A stretch of DNA of 64,000 nucleotides from Candidatus Latescibacterota bacterium (GTDB taxonomy: Bacteria > Latescibacterota > UBA2968 > GCA-2709665). Every line of letters starts with the position of its first letter. Position 1 is the first letter of the stretch. Below, one piece after another: positions 10,178 through 20,406 of this stretch. Both the position numbers and the translations under genes were made by a program. Where the stretch lies: contig CBDDDZ010000005.1 in the NCBI GenBank assembly GCA_965226795.1, forward strand, positions 1,184,001 to 1,248,000, in the 5' to 3' direction. The notes beneath the pieces are model-generated. The model saw only the letters and a program-made list of their open reading frames with translations, did not search any database and was not told the DNA's origin.

Positions 10178-10422
10178 GATTCAATCCCTTGTTGTGTAGA
10201 TGGGCAGATTCGTGAAATCTGAAAGAACCATCCGGTCCCCAGGAAGATAGTTCGGATTCTCGCTGGTCGCGGGAAATTTACGACTGCGCCGCACCTGTCG
10301 CAAACTGAGTTTTTTCGTTACAATAATAGGTACCGCGTTAATTAAACCATAATGCGACCGTTCACGTCCAACCCAAATAGGACCGCAACGCACTCTTAAG
10401 ACCTTGACGAAGGCGAATTACG

Positions 10423-11241
10423 TTGGAAACCAGATCGGAATCAGAAAACAGACTGGCGCCGGCGGAACGTTATTTCTTCGACGTCAACGGCTACGTCCTG
10501 CTTCAAGGTATTTTCAGTCGGGCGGAATGTCGCCGTTTCATCGATCTCGCAGACCGGATGGACGCCGATGACGCGTGCGCATACAAGTACGACGGGTATC
10601 CGAAGACACCGACGCTTACGGTTCTCTCCCGATGCGTCTGGTATCATCCCCATCTGCTGGAAACGGCGATGCACCCGATCCTGTTACCCATCATTCAGGA
10701 CGTGGTGGGGGGTGAGGTGCGCCTCGAGGAGCATCAATACCTCATCAACTATCCGAATGATCCGGAAGACGAAATCGTCCCGCGCGCGCCTCACGTCGCG
10801 GATGAAGGCTGGCACCGGGGCATCGCCCCGAATGTCGGCAGCTTTGAAGCCAATGGGCACTATCACTGTATGTTCAGCAAAGCGTTCATCTACCTGACCG
10901 ACAACGGACCTGGGGAGGGCACGTGGGTAGTGCCGGGAAGCCATCGAATGAACATGCCCACCGGAACGTTGCGTGAGTTCATGGACGAGACCGTGGCGCG
11001 GCAACTGCAATCCCGTGCCGGGGACGTGCTCATCCTGAGCGAAACGCTGATACACGCCGGGCCCAGACTGACACCCGGCGCGCCGCCACGCTATTCGCTG
11101 GTCTATGGATACACGGCGCCGTTCATGCAGACGTGGAATCGCTATGACCCGCCGGCTGATCTGATTGAACGGGTGACGCCTGAACAGCGGCGCCTCCTGA
11201 CGGGTGAACTCCGATACGGATTTCGCCGGGGGCAATTCTGA
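10423..11241 (+). CDS. Phytanoyl-CoA dioxygenase (PhyH) family Fe/2OG enzyme
   Basis: FFDVNGYVLL, IYLTD, VVPGSH, AGDVLI, LIHAG; TTG start uncertain. Confidence 0.85.
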   Translation: METRSESENRLAPAERYFFDVNGYVLLQGIFSRAECRRFIDLADRMDADDACAYKYDGYPKTPTLTVLSRCVWYHPHLLETAMHPILLPIIQDVVGGEVRLEEHQYLINYPNDPEDEIVPRAPHVADEGWHRGIAPNVGSFEANGHYHCMFSKAFIYLTDNGPGEGTWVVPGSHRMNMPTGTLREFMDETVARQLQSRAGDVLILSETLIHAGPRLTPGAPPRYSLVYGYTAPFMQTWNRYDPPADLIERVTPEQRRLLTGELRYGFRRGQF

Positions 11242-11456
11242 GTTGTGACGAAAACCCCCATGCATTCCGCTACCGATGTCGTGGCGGTCCGCGACCCGGA
11301 GCACCAGGATTGCATAACGCACGTTGTTTCTCAACTTCAGGTGTCTTGGAGGTTTTCACAGAACCCCACCGAGGTGTTACAAACGGCCGATCGGACTCTC
11401 TTCGTGCCACGCCTGACAGGATGAGCCATACCGCCGGCAGATGAGTCGTTCGATCG

Positions 11457-12194
11457 TCACAATGATGGGGTTCTACGTCCATAAGCCGCCGAATATTGCC
11501 GTTCGACCCGGCCGCTGGCCAGCAGGGTCCCGATAGTGATCAGCCAGAGGAAAAACGCAGTTCCAACCACCGGATGAATCCCGGTTGCCGCGCTGAGCCA
11601 GATGAATTGCATCGCGACGCCCAATGTCGCCGATACCGGCGCTATTCTTCTAAGGGTACCACCTACCCGCCACTGATATCGTGCGGCGACTGCCAGCGCG
11701 ATCCCGGCCGCGGAAAAACCCAGCTTGCCGGTTATCCACCGAAGGTTATACGACACGTTCAACGCGGTGGCTTCGGTCGCGGCAGTAAGGCCGCCGGCTG
11801 AAATGGCCTCTGGCACCAGCTGAGACGCTATAAGGATGGCAAAGGCTCCTGAAGCGACGGTGAAGCTACCCGAGAGAACGAACAGATACGGGACGATCGG
11901 CGTTGCCCAGCGCCCACGGATGATCCAGGTATGCAGCAACAACCAACCTGCCACGAGCATCGTCAATCCGGAAATCGCGCGGGCAATTCCCGAGACGATG
12001 TACATCATGGGGTGTTCTGCGACAGATTGAAGAGACTTCAACAGCGGTGCCTGGTCGGCGTCGGCAGTCACTCTTGTGTAAACCATCGCGACTGTAAAGA
12101 GCGCGGTTAGCAGCAAGAGGACGCCGGAGCACCGAGCCGCGCGGTCGGGGAGATTTTCCGCCGCTGGAGTGGCCGTTGCGATTTCATCCGACAT
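11457..12194 (-). CDS. Integral membrane protein (DUF4386-like)
   Basis: About six hydrophobic segments; GGGAGGA RBS upstream of ATG. Confidence 0.65.
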   Translation of the reverse strand: MSDEIATATPAAENLPDRAARCSGVLLLLTALFTVAMVYTRVTADADQAPLLKSLQSVAEHPMMYIVSGIARAISGLTMLVAGWLLLHTWIIRGRWATPIVPYLFVLSGSFTVASGAFAILIASQLVPEAISAGGLTAATEATALNVSYNLRWITGKLGFSAAGIALAVAARYQWRVGGTLRRIAPVSATLGVAMQFIWLSAATGIHPVVGTAFFLWLITIGTLLASGRVERQYSAAYGRRTPSL

Positions 12195-12582
12195 ATCGAT
12201 ATCCTCCCGTTAGTGGATTTCGCCAGAATTGAAATGGACTGCTACGCTGACTCGCATCACACGTTTGCTCGACCTTCACACGATATTGCCATTGAAACCG
12301 CTCTCATCTTTCGGAGTTTCATATCGTTTTATATCGGTATTGTGCATCGAAACGTCAAGAGCTACATTGATGGTACGGACACAAGCAGAGTCCGCGGCGG
12401 CGTTCGCGGATGGCTGTCACCAATGCCGGTCCGGGGTTGGACGTACGGTCTTTTCTGATGCCTCGGCCCCGGGCCGCCGTACTACGGTTTAATAATCATC
12501 GTTAAGGACCAGTTGGCTCTTCGCCTCTCGCAACGCGCCCGCGGCGATCGGGTAGCCGGCACAGCAGAGGAGGCTTGCGCAC

Positions 12583-13731
12583 ATGGCACCGGAAAAACGG
12601 TTAGCCATCCAGTCAGAGCTCGTTCGCTGGCTCGTCGTCATCGTGTCTGTATACGTGCTGCTTGTGGCCGTTGGCCTGATCGGCAAAGGCTTTCGTACGG
12701 AATTCGGCGATGCGGAGGGCGTCGGATCCCTGTTCGCACTTGCGACCAACCCGTTCGTCGGACTGGTTCTCGGCATACTGGCGACCGCATTGCTCCAATC
12801 TTCCAGCACCGTTACATCCATCATCGTCGGTCTTGTAGCGGGGGGAATGCCCATTGCCGTGGCGATACCGATGGTAATGGGTGCCAATGTCGGGACAACG
12901 GTAACCAACACGCTTGTCAGTTTCGGTCATGTGGGTCGGGCGGGGGAGTTCAGAAAAGCGTTTGCGGCCGCCACCGTACACGATTTTTTCAATATTCTGA
13001 GCATCCTGGTATTCCTGCCGTTGGAATTCGCGTTCGGTTTTCTTGAAAAACTGAGCGGCGTGATGACCCATTTTATCGAGAACATCGGGACTGTTGATAC
13101 AGGTGGAAAGGGCATATTCAAGGTCGTCATCGGTTTCGGTATCGGGCTTGTTGAGTCGCTCTCATCCTGGCTCCCCGACGTGTGGGCCGGTCTGGTTCTG
13201 ATCGTCGCGGGAATCGCGCTCATTCTGCTCTCGATCATGTATCTTGGCATTGCGCTGAAAAGCGTGTTCGTAGGCAAGGCCCGGAAGTACCTGCAGGCAG
13301 CCGTCGGCAAGGGTCCGATAACCGGCATATTCTCCGGCACTCTGGTTACAGTGCTTGTGCAGTCGTCCTCGACCACAACAAGCATCATCGTGCCTCTGGC
13401 AGGATCAGGCGTAATCGGGCTTCGCCAGGTCTACCCATTCACGCTCGGCGCCAACATCGGGACGACGATCACCGCGCTTCTCGCAGCGACCGCGATAACG
13501 GGTGCCGCCCATGCCGTCGCGCACCAGATCGCGATTGCCCACTTTCTCTACAATCTGCTGGGCGTTATCGTCATCTATGGCATCCCCTGGCTGCGGGAGA
13601 TTCCGATCACGGGAGCCGAGCGGCTTGCAAGGATCGGAAGTGAACGGAAATGGTTGGCCATCGTATACATTATCTGCGCATTTTTCGTCATTCCGGCAGC
13701 GCTCGTGTTTGCCAGCGCGTGGCTGTCCTGA
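12583..13731 (+). CDS. Na+/phosphate symporter (NptA / SLC34-like)
   Basis: Duplicated QSSS and GANxGT repeats; AAATVHDFFN. Confidence 0.92.
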   Translation: MAPEKRLAIQSELVRWLVVIVSVYVLLVAVGLIGKGFRTEFGDAEGVGSLFALATNPFVGLVLGILATALLQSSSTVTSIIVGLVAGGMPIAVAIPMVMGANVGTTVTNTLVSFGHVGRAGEFRKAFAAATVHDFFNILSILVFLPLEFAFGFLEKLSGVMTHFIENIGTVDTGGKGIFKVVIGFGIGLVESLSSWLPDVWAGLVLIVAGIALILLSIMYLGIALKSVFVGKARKYLQAAVGKGPITGIFSGTLVTVLVQSSSTTTSIIVPLAGSGVIGLRQVYPFTLGANIGTTITALLAATAITGAAHAVAHQIAIAHFLYNLLGVIVIYGIPWLREIPITGAERLARIGSERKWLAIVYIICAFFVIPAALVFASAWLS

Positions 13732-14030
13732 CCGCTGCGTGCTAAAGGGAGATCCTTTCCGACACGGTCCTGCCCGGGTACCTGCACGCCCGGGCCGACT
13801 TCGACCAGAACATCAAGACATTTTTGGGACCGAAGCTGACCTGCTCGATGATGGGCGTCATCGAATCCGGTGGTGATTCTCGTGGCGCCCGCTTCACGAA
13901 AGGGCCTCGGATTCCCCAACCGCGAGATGTTCACGGGCTCGTTGTGAGGACTGCGTGGCGAGTCGGGCCGTTGCTTCTTCCTGCAAGAAGCAGTGTCCTG
14001 TCAATCGACTGGAAAGCAGGTATGTGCCTT

Positions 14031-15059
14031 ATGTCTTATGGTGTCGCAGTTCTGGGAACCGGCCGCATCGGCGGCAGGTACATCGACGTGGTGAAAAAGA
14101 CGCCCGGCGCGGAAATCAGGGTGGTCGCCGAGCCCAGGGAAGATGCCGCCGCGACGTGGCGGAGCCGGCATCCCGACGTCGGGTTTGTCTCCGACTATCG
14201 GGAAACTCTGGAACGCGACGACGTTGACGTCGTCATCGGGACGCTGCCGCACTGGCTCCATTACCAGGCCGCGCTTGACGCCGCGGCCGCCGGAAAACAC
14301 ATCTACATGGAGAAACCGCTCGCAGCCTGGGCGTGGCAGGCGGAGGAAATGCTCGCCGCGGCCCGGGAGAATGGCGTCAAGCTCATGACCGCGCACACCC
14401 AGCGTTACTTCCCGGCGGTAAAGGCGATGAAGGGCGTCGTCGACAGCGGTGACCTGGGTTCGGTGATCATGGCCTATGACATGTGGCACAAGCTTTACGT
14501 TCCCTACAACCGTCCGGAGTGGATGCTGGACCGCGAACGGGGCGGCGGTATGGGCCAGATGGACGGCACCCACCAGATCGACCGGCTGCTCTGGATCATC
14601 GGGGACGACGTCGCCACCGTTTCGGCGCGGCAGGGGCAGTTCACCTACCCGAAATCGGAGCATCCTGCGATCGACTGCGACGATACGGGCATGTACTTTA
14701 TCCGATGGAAGAGCGGCATCGTGGCGACGGTCTGCCGCATCGCGTGGGAACACGGCGGCACGGAATACGGCGGCGACTGGTTCTTCACCGGTGGCATGGC
14801 GCGCTTCCGGTTGCCATACGGCGGGGGAGATCCGCCGGCTTTATTCATCGCCGACACGGGCGGCGGTACCTGGCGGCGTGAGACCGTGCCGGTTCGCGAC
14901 AGCCTGCTGGACGAGTTCACCGAGTTTATCGAATCGCTTCAACGAGGCGACGACGATACGCCGATACCCCAGGTTCACGGGTTGAACGTCCTTAAGGTGC
15001 TGGAAGCAACAGAAGCATCCGCGCGTACCGGTCGGGAAGTGGTTTTGGATCTGGAATAA
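14031..15059 (+). CDS. Gfo/Idh/MocA family oxidoreductase
   Basis: VAVLGTGRIG, GKHIYMEKP, GGGMGQMDGTHQID. Confidence 0.9.
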   Translation: MSYGVAVLGTGRIGGRYIDVVKKTPGAEIRVVAEPREDAAATWRSRHPDVGFVSDYRETLERDDVDVVIGTLPHWLHYQAALDAAAAGKHIYMEKPLAAWAWQAEEMLAAARENGVKLMTAHTQRYFPAVKAMKGVVDSGDLGSVIMAYDMWHKLYVPYNRPEWMLDRERGGGMGQMDGTHQIDRLLWIIGDDVATVSARQGQFTYPKSEHPAIDCDDTGMYFIRWKSGIVATVCRIAWEHGGTEYGGDWFFTGGMARFRLPYGGGDPPALFIADTGGGTWRRETVPVRDSLLDEFTEFIESLQRGDDDTPIPQVHGLNVLKVLEATEASARTGREVVLDLE

Positions 15060-15074
15060 AGATGGGAGGTTAAA

Positions 15075-15827
15075 ATGAACAAAATACGCACATTTTTCGA
15101 GGAAAACGGGTACTACCTGGCCAAATGCGTCTTTTCGCCAGACGAATTGGGCCGGCTTGAAGACGAATTTGATCGAATTGTACAACAACTCGACGAACAC
15201 GACGACAGCGGCGCCTCGAACAATAACGGTGTCATCAATACACGCAATGTGCAGCAGTATTCGGGGCTATGGATGGCGTCCCTGCTTCACGAAAAGTTCC
15301 TCGACATTGTTGAAAAGCTCATCGGTCCCGACATCGTTCTCAACCATACCACGCTCTTTGAGAAGCGGATGACAACTGCTCCAACACCCTTCCGGATGCA
15401 CCAGGACTGGAGCTATCTGCCAACCCGGATGAACACAATGATTGCAGGAATGATCCATGTCAGCGAAGCCACGGCGGAAATGGGCTGCCTCAGAGTCTAT
15501 CCCGGCTCGCACAGACACGGCCGGGTGGAAGGCTCTACTGCCGTTAATGCCGCGTTCCACAAACAGTTCCCATTTGAAGGCGCCACGGCGATTGAAGCCC
15601 AGCCGGGTGACGTCACCTTCTTCGATTACTTCATCGTACATGGTTCGACGTCCAACCGCTCTGAAACGCCACGGAAGGTGGTGATTGCGCGGATGTTTTC
15701 CGGCAGGGACGAAAAGGAGGACATCTACCAGTTCAGCGAAAATCTGGTGTTGCGCGGATGGAACTACCATACGACCTCAGCCACGGCCAGGAAAACAGTT
15801 TCGAGGCCTGCAAAGTACAACGCCTGA
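15075..15827 (+). CDS. Phytanoyl-CoA dioxygenase (PhyH) family
   Basis: FFEENGY, HQD, GCLRVYPGSH, VHGS; GGGAGG RBS. Confidence 0.9.
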   Translation: MNKIRTFFEENGYYLAKCVFSPDELGRLEDEFDRIVQQLDEHDDSGASNNNGVINTRNVQQYSGLWMASLLHEKFLDIVEKLIGPDIVLNHTTLFEKRMTTAPTPFRMHQDWSYLPTRMNTMIAGMIHVSEATAEMGCLRVYPGSHRHGRVEGSTAVNAAFHKQFPFEGATAIEAQPGDVTFFDYFIVHGSTSNRSETPRKVVIARMFSGRDEKEDIYQFSENLVLRGWNYHTTSATARKTVSRPAKYNA

Positions 15828-16252
15828 CTTGCCTTGTCGACCGCCTCTGGCCGGACAGCTGCGTGCACCCCTTTTTTGGTCAGTCTCATTTTAGATTAGC
15901 TGATCCACAAGTCGGTTCGCCCACCCGATTGCATCACATCCAATTGCAACCGACGGATGAACTATTAAATTCTTAGTTGACCAAGTGATAATAAATCGAT
16001 ATATTAAATTATTAATAGATACAATGCGAAGCCGGGGATGCCGATCCCTGCCCCGGCCCCTCCCCGACACGGGGAGGGGAGGGATGATCCCGTCTCTCGA
16101 CAGGTTCAAGATCCCGGATCAATGATGTTCGTTGCGCGCGTTGCTTGCGCTGCCTGTTCTGCTGGCGCTGAGCTTGTCGAAGCGCGCCTGTCGAAGCGAG
16201 CTTTTCAAAGCGAGCTTACCATAGCGGTAAGCCAAACCGAAGGAGGTTCAGG

Positions 16253-17803
16253 ATGAAGCCTATAAGCCTCTCATTCTTCGCGTTTTTACTGTTTGGAACG
16301 CTCACGGCGAAGGCGACGCTAACGTTGGACGGCGCATCCACGGACAGTACGATCACCATCAAATATGACGTTGCGGAGTCATCGCACGTACAGATAAAGG
16401 TATCTTCGACAGTGGGCGTGCACGCCGCACCGAAATACGGATTCCAGGCGCCCGGGAACTATACGATCGTAGTGGACAAATCCGGATTTCCCAGGGAGGA
16501 TTACTCTGTAAGGCTGATACTGGATCACGATCGGAAAAAGGTCACCCGGCGGAGCTTCTTCCACAGCCCTTCGGGAAGGCCGGTTACCCAGACCAGTGAA
16601 GAACGGGATCTGTATAATCGATGCTATGCCGTCACCGGATTCGACCAGAAACAGGCCGTCGAACTCTGGAATGAACTCCTCACCCGTTATCCGGACTACG
16701 TGGAAAGGGGCGTCGCTTTTCTCTATTCCATCATGGCCAGGATTCCAGCAACCGACAGCGTCGACGTCCACGCGGCCGCAGACAGCGCGGCGGCGATAAT
16801 CCCGCATTCCGGAACATATCGCATAATCGGTCGTATTCTGAGCGGATTGGATGGTCCTCCTGGCGTGGAGGCAAAGTACCCTCGGATTGCATTGGTATTT
16901 GCCGATATGGCCGTAAAGCACATTGGCGATGTACCAGAACCATACCGCAACGAGGCGCTATATCGATACCAGTCTCTCAGGGGCCACTGCCTGCATCTCC
17001 TGGGCAGATTCCCAGAGGCCGAGAACGCTTACATCGAGGCCATCAGGATTCTTGAATCGCCGGGGGATGCCGGCACTTTCTCAGATTTCCGGGACGGCGA
17101 TTGGGCGTACCGGGGTCTCGCGTCGCTTCATGAACAGAGAGGCATGCACGCGGAAGCGATCGAATTGTACGAAAAGGCCATTAAGGATGACCCCAGGGAT
17201 CCTGATCTCTGGATGGCCTTACAGCGCAACTTCAACCTTGTCCATGGGTCCAACAGGGGTTATGTGGCATACAGCCGGAAACTCGAGGCTGAAATACGGG
17301 GCGACGCGCCGGAGAATAATGATGACCTCGTGGGCGAGCCCCTTCCTGGATTCGCACTGACGCGATTGGACGGGGACACCTTGACCCTTGAGCAGGTCAA
17401 GGGAAACGTGAGCGTCCTGAACTTCTGGGCTTTCTGGTGCGCGCCCTGCATGGCTGAGTTGTCCACTATGGCTCGCCTTTCGAGGGAAGTATCCGCCCGC
17501 GGGGTGAAGGTAATCGCCGTTCACACGCCACTGGAGTACGTTCCTGGCATCACAAAAAAGGAGTTCCCGGAAATTGTTAAAAACGCCGTGAGGAAGTACG
17601 AGGGCTCGTTCGATACCGTCTGGGACAGCAAGGAACAGAACTTCTCAGTGCGATCCGGGATCAGATCCCTGCCGGTAACGCTGGTCGCGGACAAAGAGGG
17701 GATCGTCAGATACCGGGTCGTCGGTTTCGATCCCGAAAACGCCTACCGGAAACTCAAGGCGGTTGTGGATAGCCTGAACGTCTTATCGTCCGCTCTCCGG
17801 TAG
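16253..17803 (+). CDS. Exported TPR-repeat protein with C-terminal TlpA/ResA-like thioredoxin domain
   Basis: Signal-peptide-like N-terminus; TPR-like helices (EAENAYIEAI, EAIELYEKAI); LNFWAFWCAPC; AAGGAGG RBS. Confidence 0.85.
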   Translation: MKPISLSFFAFLLFGTLTAKATLTLDGASTDSTITIKYDVAESSHVQIKVSSTVGVHAAPKYGFQAPGNYTIVVDKSGFPREDYSVRLILDHDRKKVTRRSFFHSPSGRPVTQTSEERDLYNRCYAVTGFDQKQAVELWNELLTRYPDYVERGVAFLYSIMARIPATDSVDVHAAADSAAAIIPHSGTYRIIGRILSGLDGPPGVEAKYPRIALVFADMAVKHIGDVPEPYRNEALYRYQSLRGHCLHLLGRFPEAENAYIEAIRILESPGDAGTFSDFRDGDWAYRGLASLHEQRGMHAEAIELYEKAIKDDPRDPDLWMALQRNFNLVHGSNRGYVAYSRKLEAEIRGDAPENNDDLVGEPLPGFALTRLDGDTLTLEQVKGNVSVLNFWAFWCAPCMAELSTMARLSREVSARGVKVIAVHTPLEYVPGITKKEFPEIVKNAVRKYEGSFDTVWDSKEQNFSVRSGIRSLPVTLVADKEGIVRYRVVGFDPENAYRKLKAVVDSLNVLSSALR

Positions 17804-17935
17804 TCCTACGGGACGGTGCAGATCGAAGGCAAACGGCGAAGACTCGCCACGCCAACTCTTCAGTGTTCCTCGGCTTTCGTCCCAAAACGGTAGCGTTCGG
17901 TAGATATGCCGGATACGGATCGAAATTGAGTGAGG

Positions 17936-18103
17936 TACCTGGAAGCGCGTAAGCTGTGGCTCAAGCCCCACCCCGATCCGTGGACTGACGCCGAGTGGAA
18001 AAAACGACCGTCGTTTCAATGAGAAGATCGAATCCTGGCTCGATGCCGGCTCGGGGCGCACGTCGATGCCCGTGAAACCGTCATGAACTGTCTCTTGCGC
18101 TTC
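17936..18103 (+). pseudogene. Decayed fragment of a RAYT/IS200-like (Y1) tyrosine transposase
   Basis: Joining three frames gives YLEARKLWLKPHPDPWTDAEW/DRRFNEKIESWLDAGSG/DARETVMNCLLRF, resembling the WLxxHPxPW...RFxxxIExWLDAGxG segment of RAYT-like proteins; HUH motif absent. Confidence 0.5.
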
Positions 18104-18152
18104 GTCCGCTACATCGCGGCAAACCCGCAAAACCCGGACTGCGTGAACACCT

Positions 18153-18180
18153 GTAGGGGCGACCGGCCGGTCGCCCCTAC
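18153..18180. repeat. GTAG-type REP palindrome
   Basis: Perfect 28-bp palindrome GTAGGGGCGACCGGCCGGTCGCCCCTAC. Confidence 0.8.
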
Positions 18181-18239
18181 GCTATAAAGGCCGCGCAAGC
18201 CTTTCTTCTGTCTGCATTCCGGCAGAAGGACAATGATAA

Positions 18240-18261
18240 GGGCAGACAGGGATGTCTGCCC
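18240..18261. repeat. REP-like hairpin
   Basis: GGGCAGACA-ggga-TGTCTGCCC. Confidence 0.55.
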
Positions 18262-18493
18262 CACCTTCACACACGCTTCCTCAACGGCTCGACAAGCCAT
18301 TGTTCGGGGTTGAGATGATCGATTCGCGAAGAACGCAGCACTGAGGACGAGCATGAGGAGCGGTCATGGAGGGGAACCGTTTTTCCTGGCAGACGTCAAA
18401 CTATTGATGGAACGGGCTTAAACAGTCCGTACTATCCGTCGCATTTTGCGACACTCAGGGTGTTTACGAAAACTATTCCAGAAAGGCGCGCCA

Positions 18494-20213
18494 ATGAGAA
18501 CAATTCCCAGGATCACATGCCTCTGGCTTTTATTGACCGCATTTACAGCGGCCGGAGTTCGGGCGGAGACCGCCTCCCCGATGCTGCAGGCCATGCGAGA
18601 GGAATTGACCCGCTCCGTCGACCTGCTCAAACGACAGCCGGTCCCGCCCTATTATCTGAGTTATGAAATCACGGAAACGCATCTGATCCGTATCGGAGCT
18701 TCCTTCGGCGCGCTGTCCTACAACAACGAAAGACGCAGCCGTATGCTCGACATCGATCTTCGGGTGGGGGACTACGCCCTGGACAATACGCACCAGGTTC
18801 GCGGTAGCATAACCAGCAGGTCCGATCGCTATTCGCGGATCGCCATCCCGATCCACGATGACGTCGACGCGGTACGCTCGGTGCTCTGGTACCACAGCGA
18901 TAAGAAATACAAGCGTGCCATCGAACAGCTCACCACGGTGAAGACCAACGTCCAGGTCAAGGTGGAAGAGGAGGACCGGTCTGACGATTTCTCAAGAGAG
19001 CCGGTCGAGCGGTACGTGGAGGAACCCGTTTCCCTCGATGTCCCCCGCGACGAATGGGTTAACCGGGTAAAGAAGTACACGGCCCCTTTCGCCAAAGATG
19101 GAAGCATTTACGAAGCCAGCGCAAGTCTCCTTGCAACCGTTTCGACTCGCCAGTTCGTCAGCAGCGAGGGCACGAGATCCAGACGTCACAGGTGCTTTAC
19201 CGTCTGTTCGTCTACGCGTTCACGAAGGCTGACGACGGAATGGAGTTGCCGCGCTACGAGTCCTATTCCGCTTTCACGCTGCAAGGGCTGCCAGGCGACG
19301 ACGAGGTCCTGGCCCTGGTGGACCGCATGATCGCCGACCTCCAGGCACTGCGCCATGCCCCTGTCGTGGCGCCATACGCCGGTCCTGCAATTTTGTCGGG
19401 ACGCGCCAGCGGCGTCCTGTTTCACGAGATCTTCGGTCACCGCATCGAGGGCCACCGCCAGAAGCGCGAGGAAGAGGGTCAGACCTTTAAAAGGAAGATA
19501 GGGGAGAGGGTTCTGCCCGAGACGTTTTCCGTGTTCTTCGACCCCACCACAAAGAGCATCGCCGGAAGGGACCTGGTGGGCGCTTACAAGCACGACAATC
19601 AGGGCGTCAAGGCGCGGCGTGTGGCGGTTGTGGAGAACGGGATTTTCCGTCGCTTCCTTATGTCCCGTTCGCCTATCGAGAATTTCCCCATTTCCAACGG
19701 TCACGGACGCAAACAGCCGGGCTACGCCCCCGTCGCACGGCAGTCCAACCTGATCGTGGAGACCTCCGAGCCGCTGAGCCGCGACCGACTCAAGGAAATG
19801 CTCATCGATCAGTGCCGCAATGAGGGCAAGGAGTTCGGGCTCTACTTCGAGGATATTCAGGGGGGATTCACCATAACCGGACGTTTTTTTCCCAACGCCT
19901 TCAACGTGTTTCCGATTATGGTCTACCGAATTTACACCGACGGGCGTGAAGAACTGGTGCGTGGCGTCGATCTGATAGGAACGCCGCTTACCGCCTTCAG
20001 CCGGATCGCCGCCGCCGACGATCGCATCGGCGTATTCAACGGCAATTGCGGTGCGGAGTCGGGTTGGGTACCCGTGGCTGTGCTGTGTCTCCCGGCATTT
20101 ACATCTCTCAGATCGAAGTACAGAAGAAACCGAAGTCCCAGGAACGCCGCCCCATCCTCGACGCGCCCTCCTCCGAACCGGATGAAGAGAAAACGGAAGG
20201 CGACCTCCTATAG
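18494..20213 (+). CDS. tldD: TldD-family metalloprotease with signal peptide; two frameshifts (~19174, ~20080)
   Basis: HEIFGH zinc motif, SNGHGR, ARQSNL, CGAESG; corrected C-terminus AVSPGIYISQIEVQKK...GDLL*. Confidence 0.8.
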
Positions 20214-20377
20214 TGACCTGCCCCAAAAATATCTCACCATTCTCCAGCCGATTCATCCCGTCTCGCTGCGTTGCCTTCGCTCGCAGACCTTAGCAGGTCG
20301 CCTGCGCTCAGGCGCCTTGCGAGCCGGGCGACTCGACGGCCGAATTCAGGTAACCTATTTCCGGGACAGAACACTAG
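20210..20377 (+). mobile_element. MITE-like element, family A, copy 1
   Basis: Imperfect ~22-bp TIRs (aTAGTGACCTGCCCCAAAAATA / TATTTCCGGGACAGAACACTAG); internal blocks shared with the copies at 26032 and 58241. Confidence 0.75.
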
Positions 20378-20406
20378 AACCGATCCCACCCTGCAGGAGA
20401 AATCCA

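Noticed and set aside
11242..11365. Possible degenerate MITE (GAAAACCCCCA / TGGAGGTTTTC)
   Set aside because: The inverted repeat is short and imperfect, and no second copy was seen.
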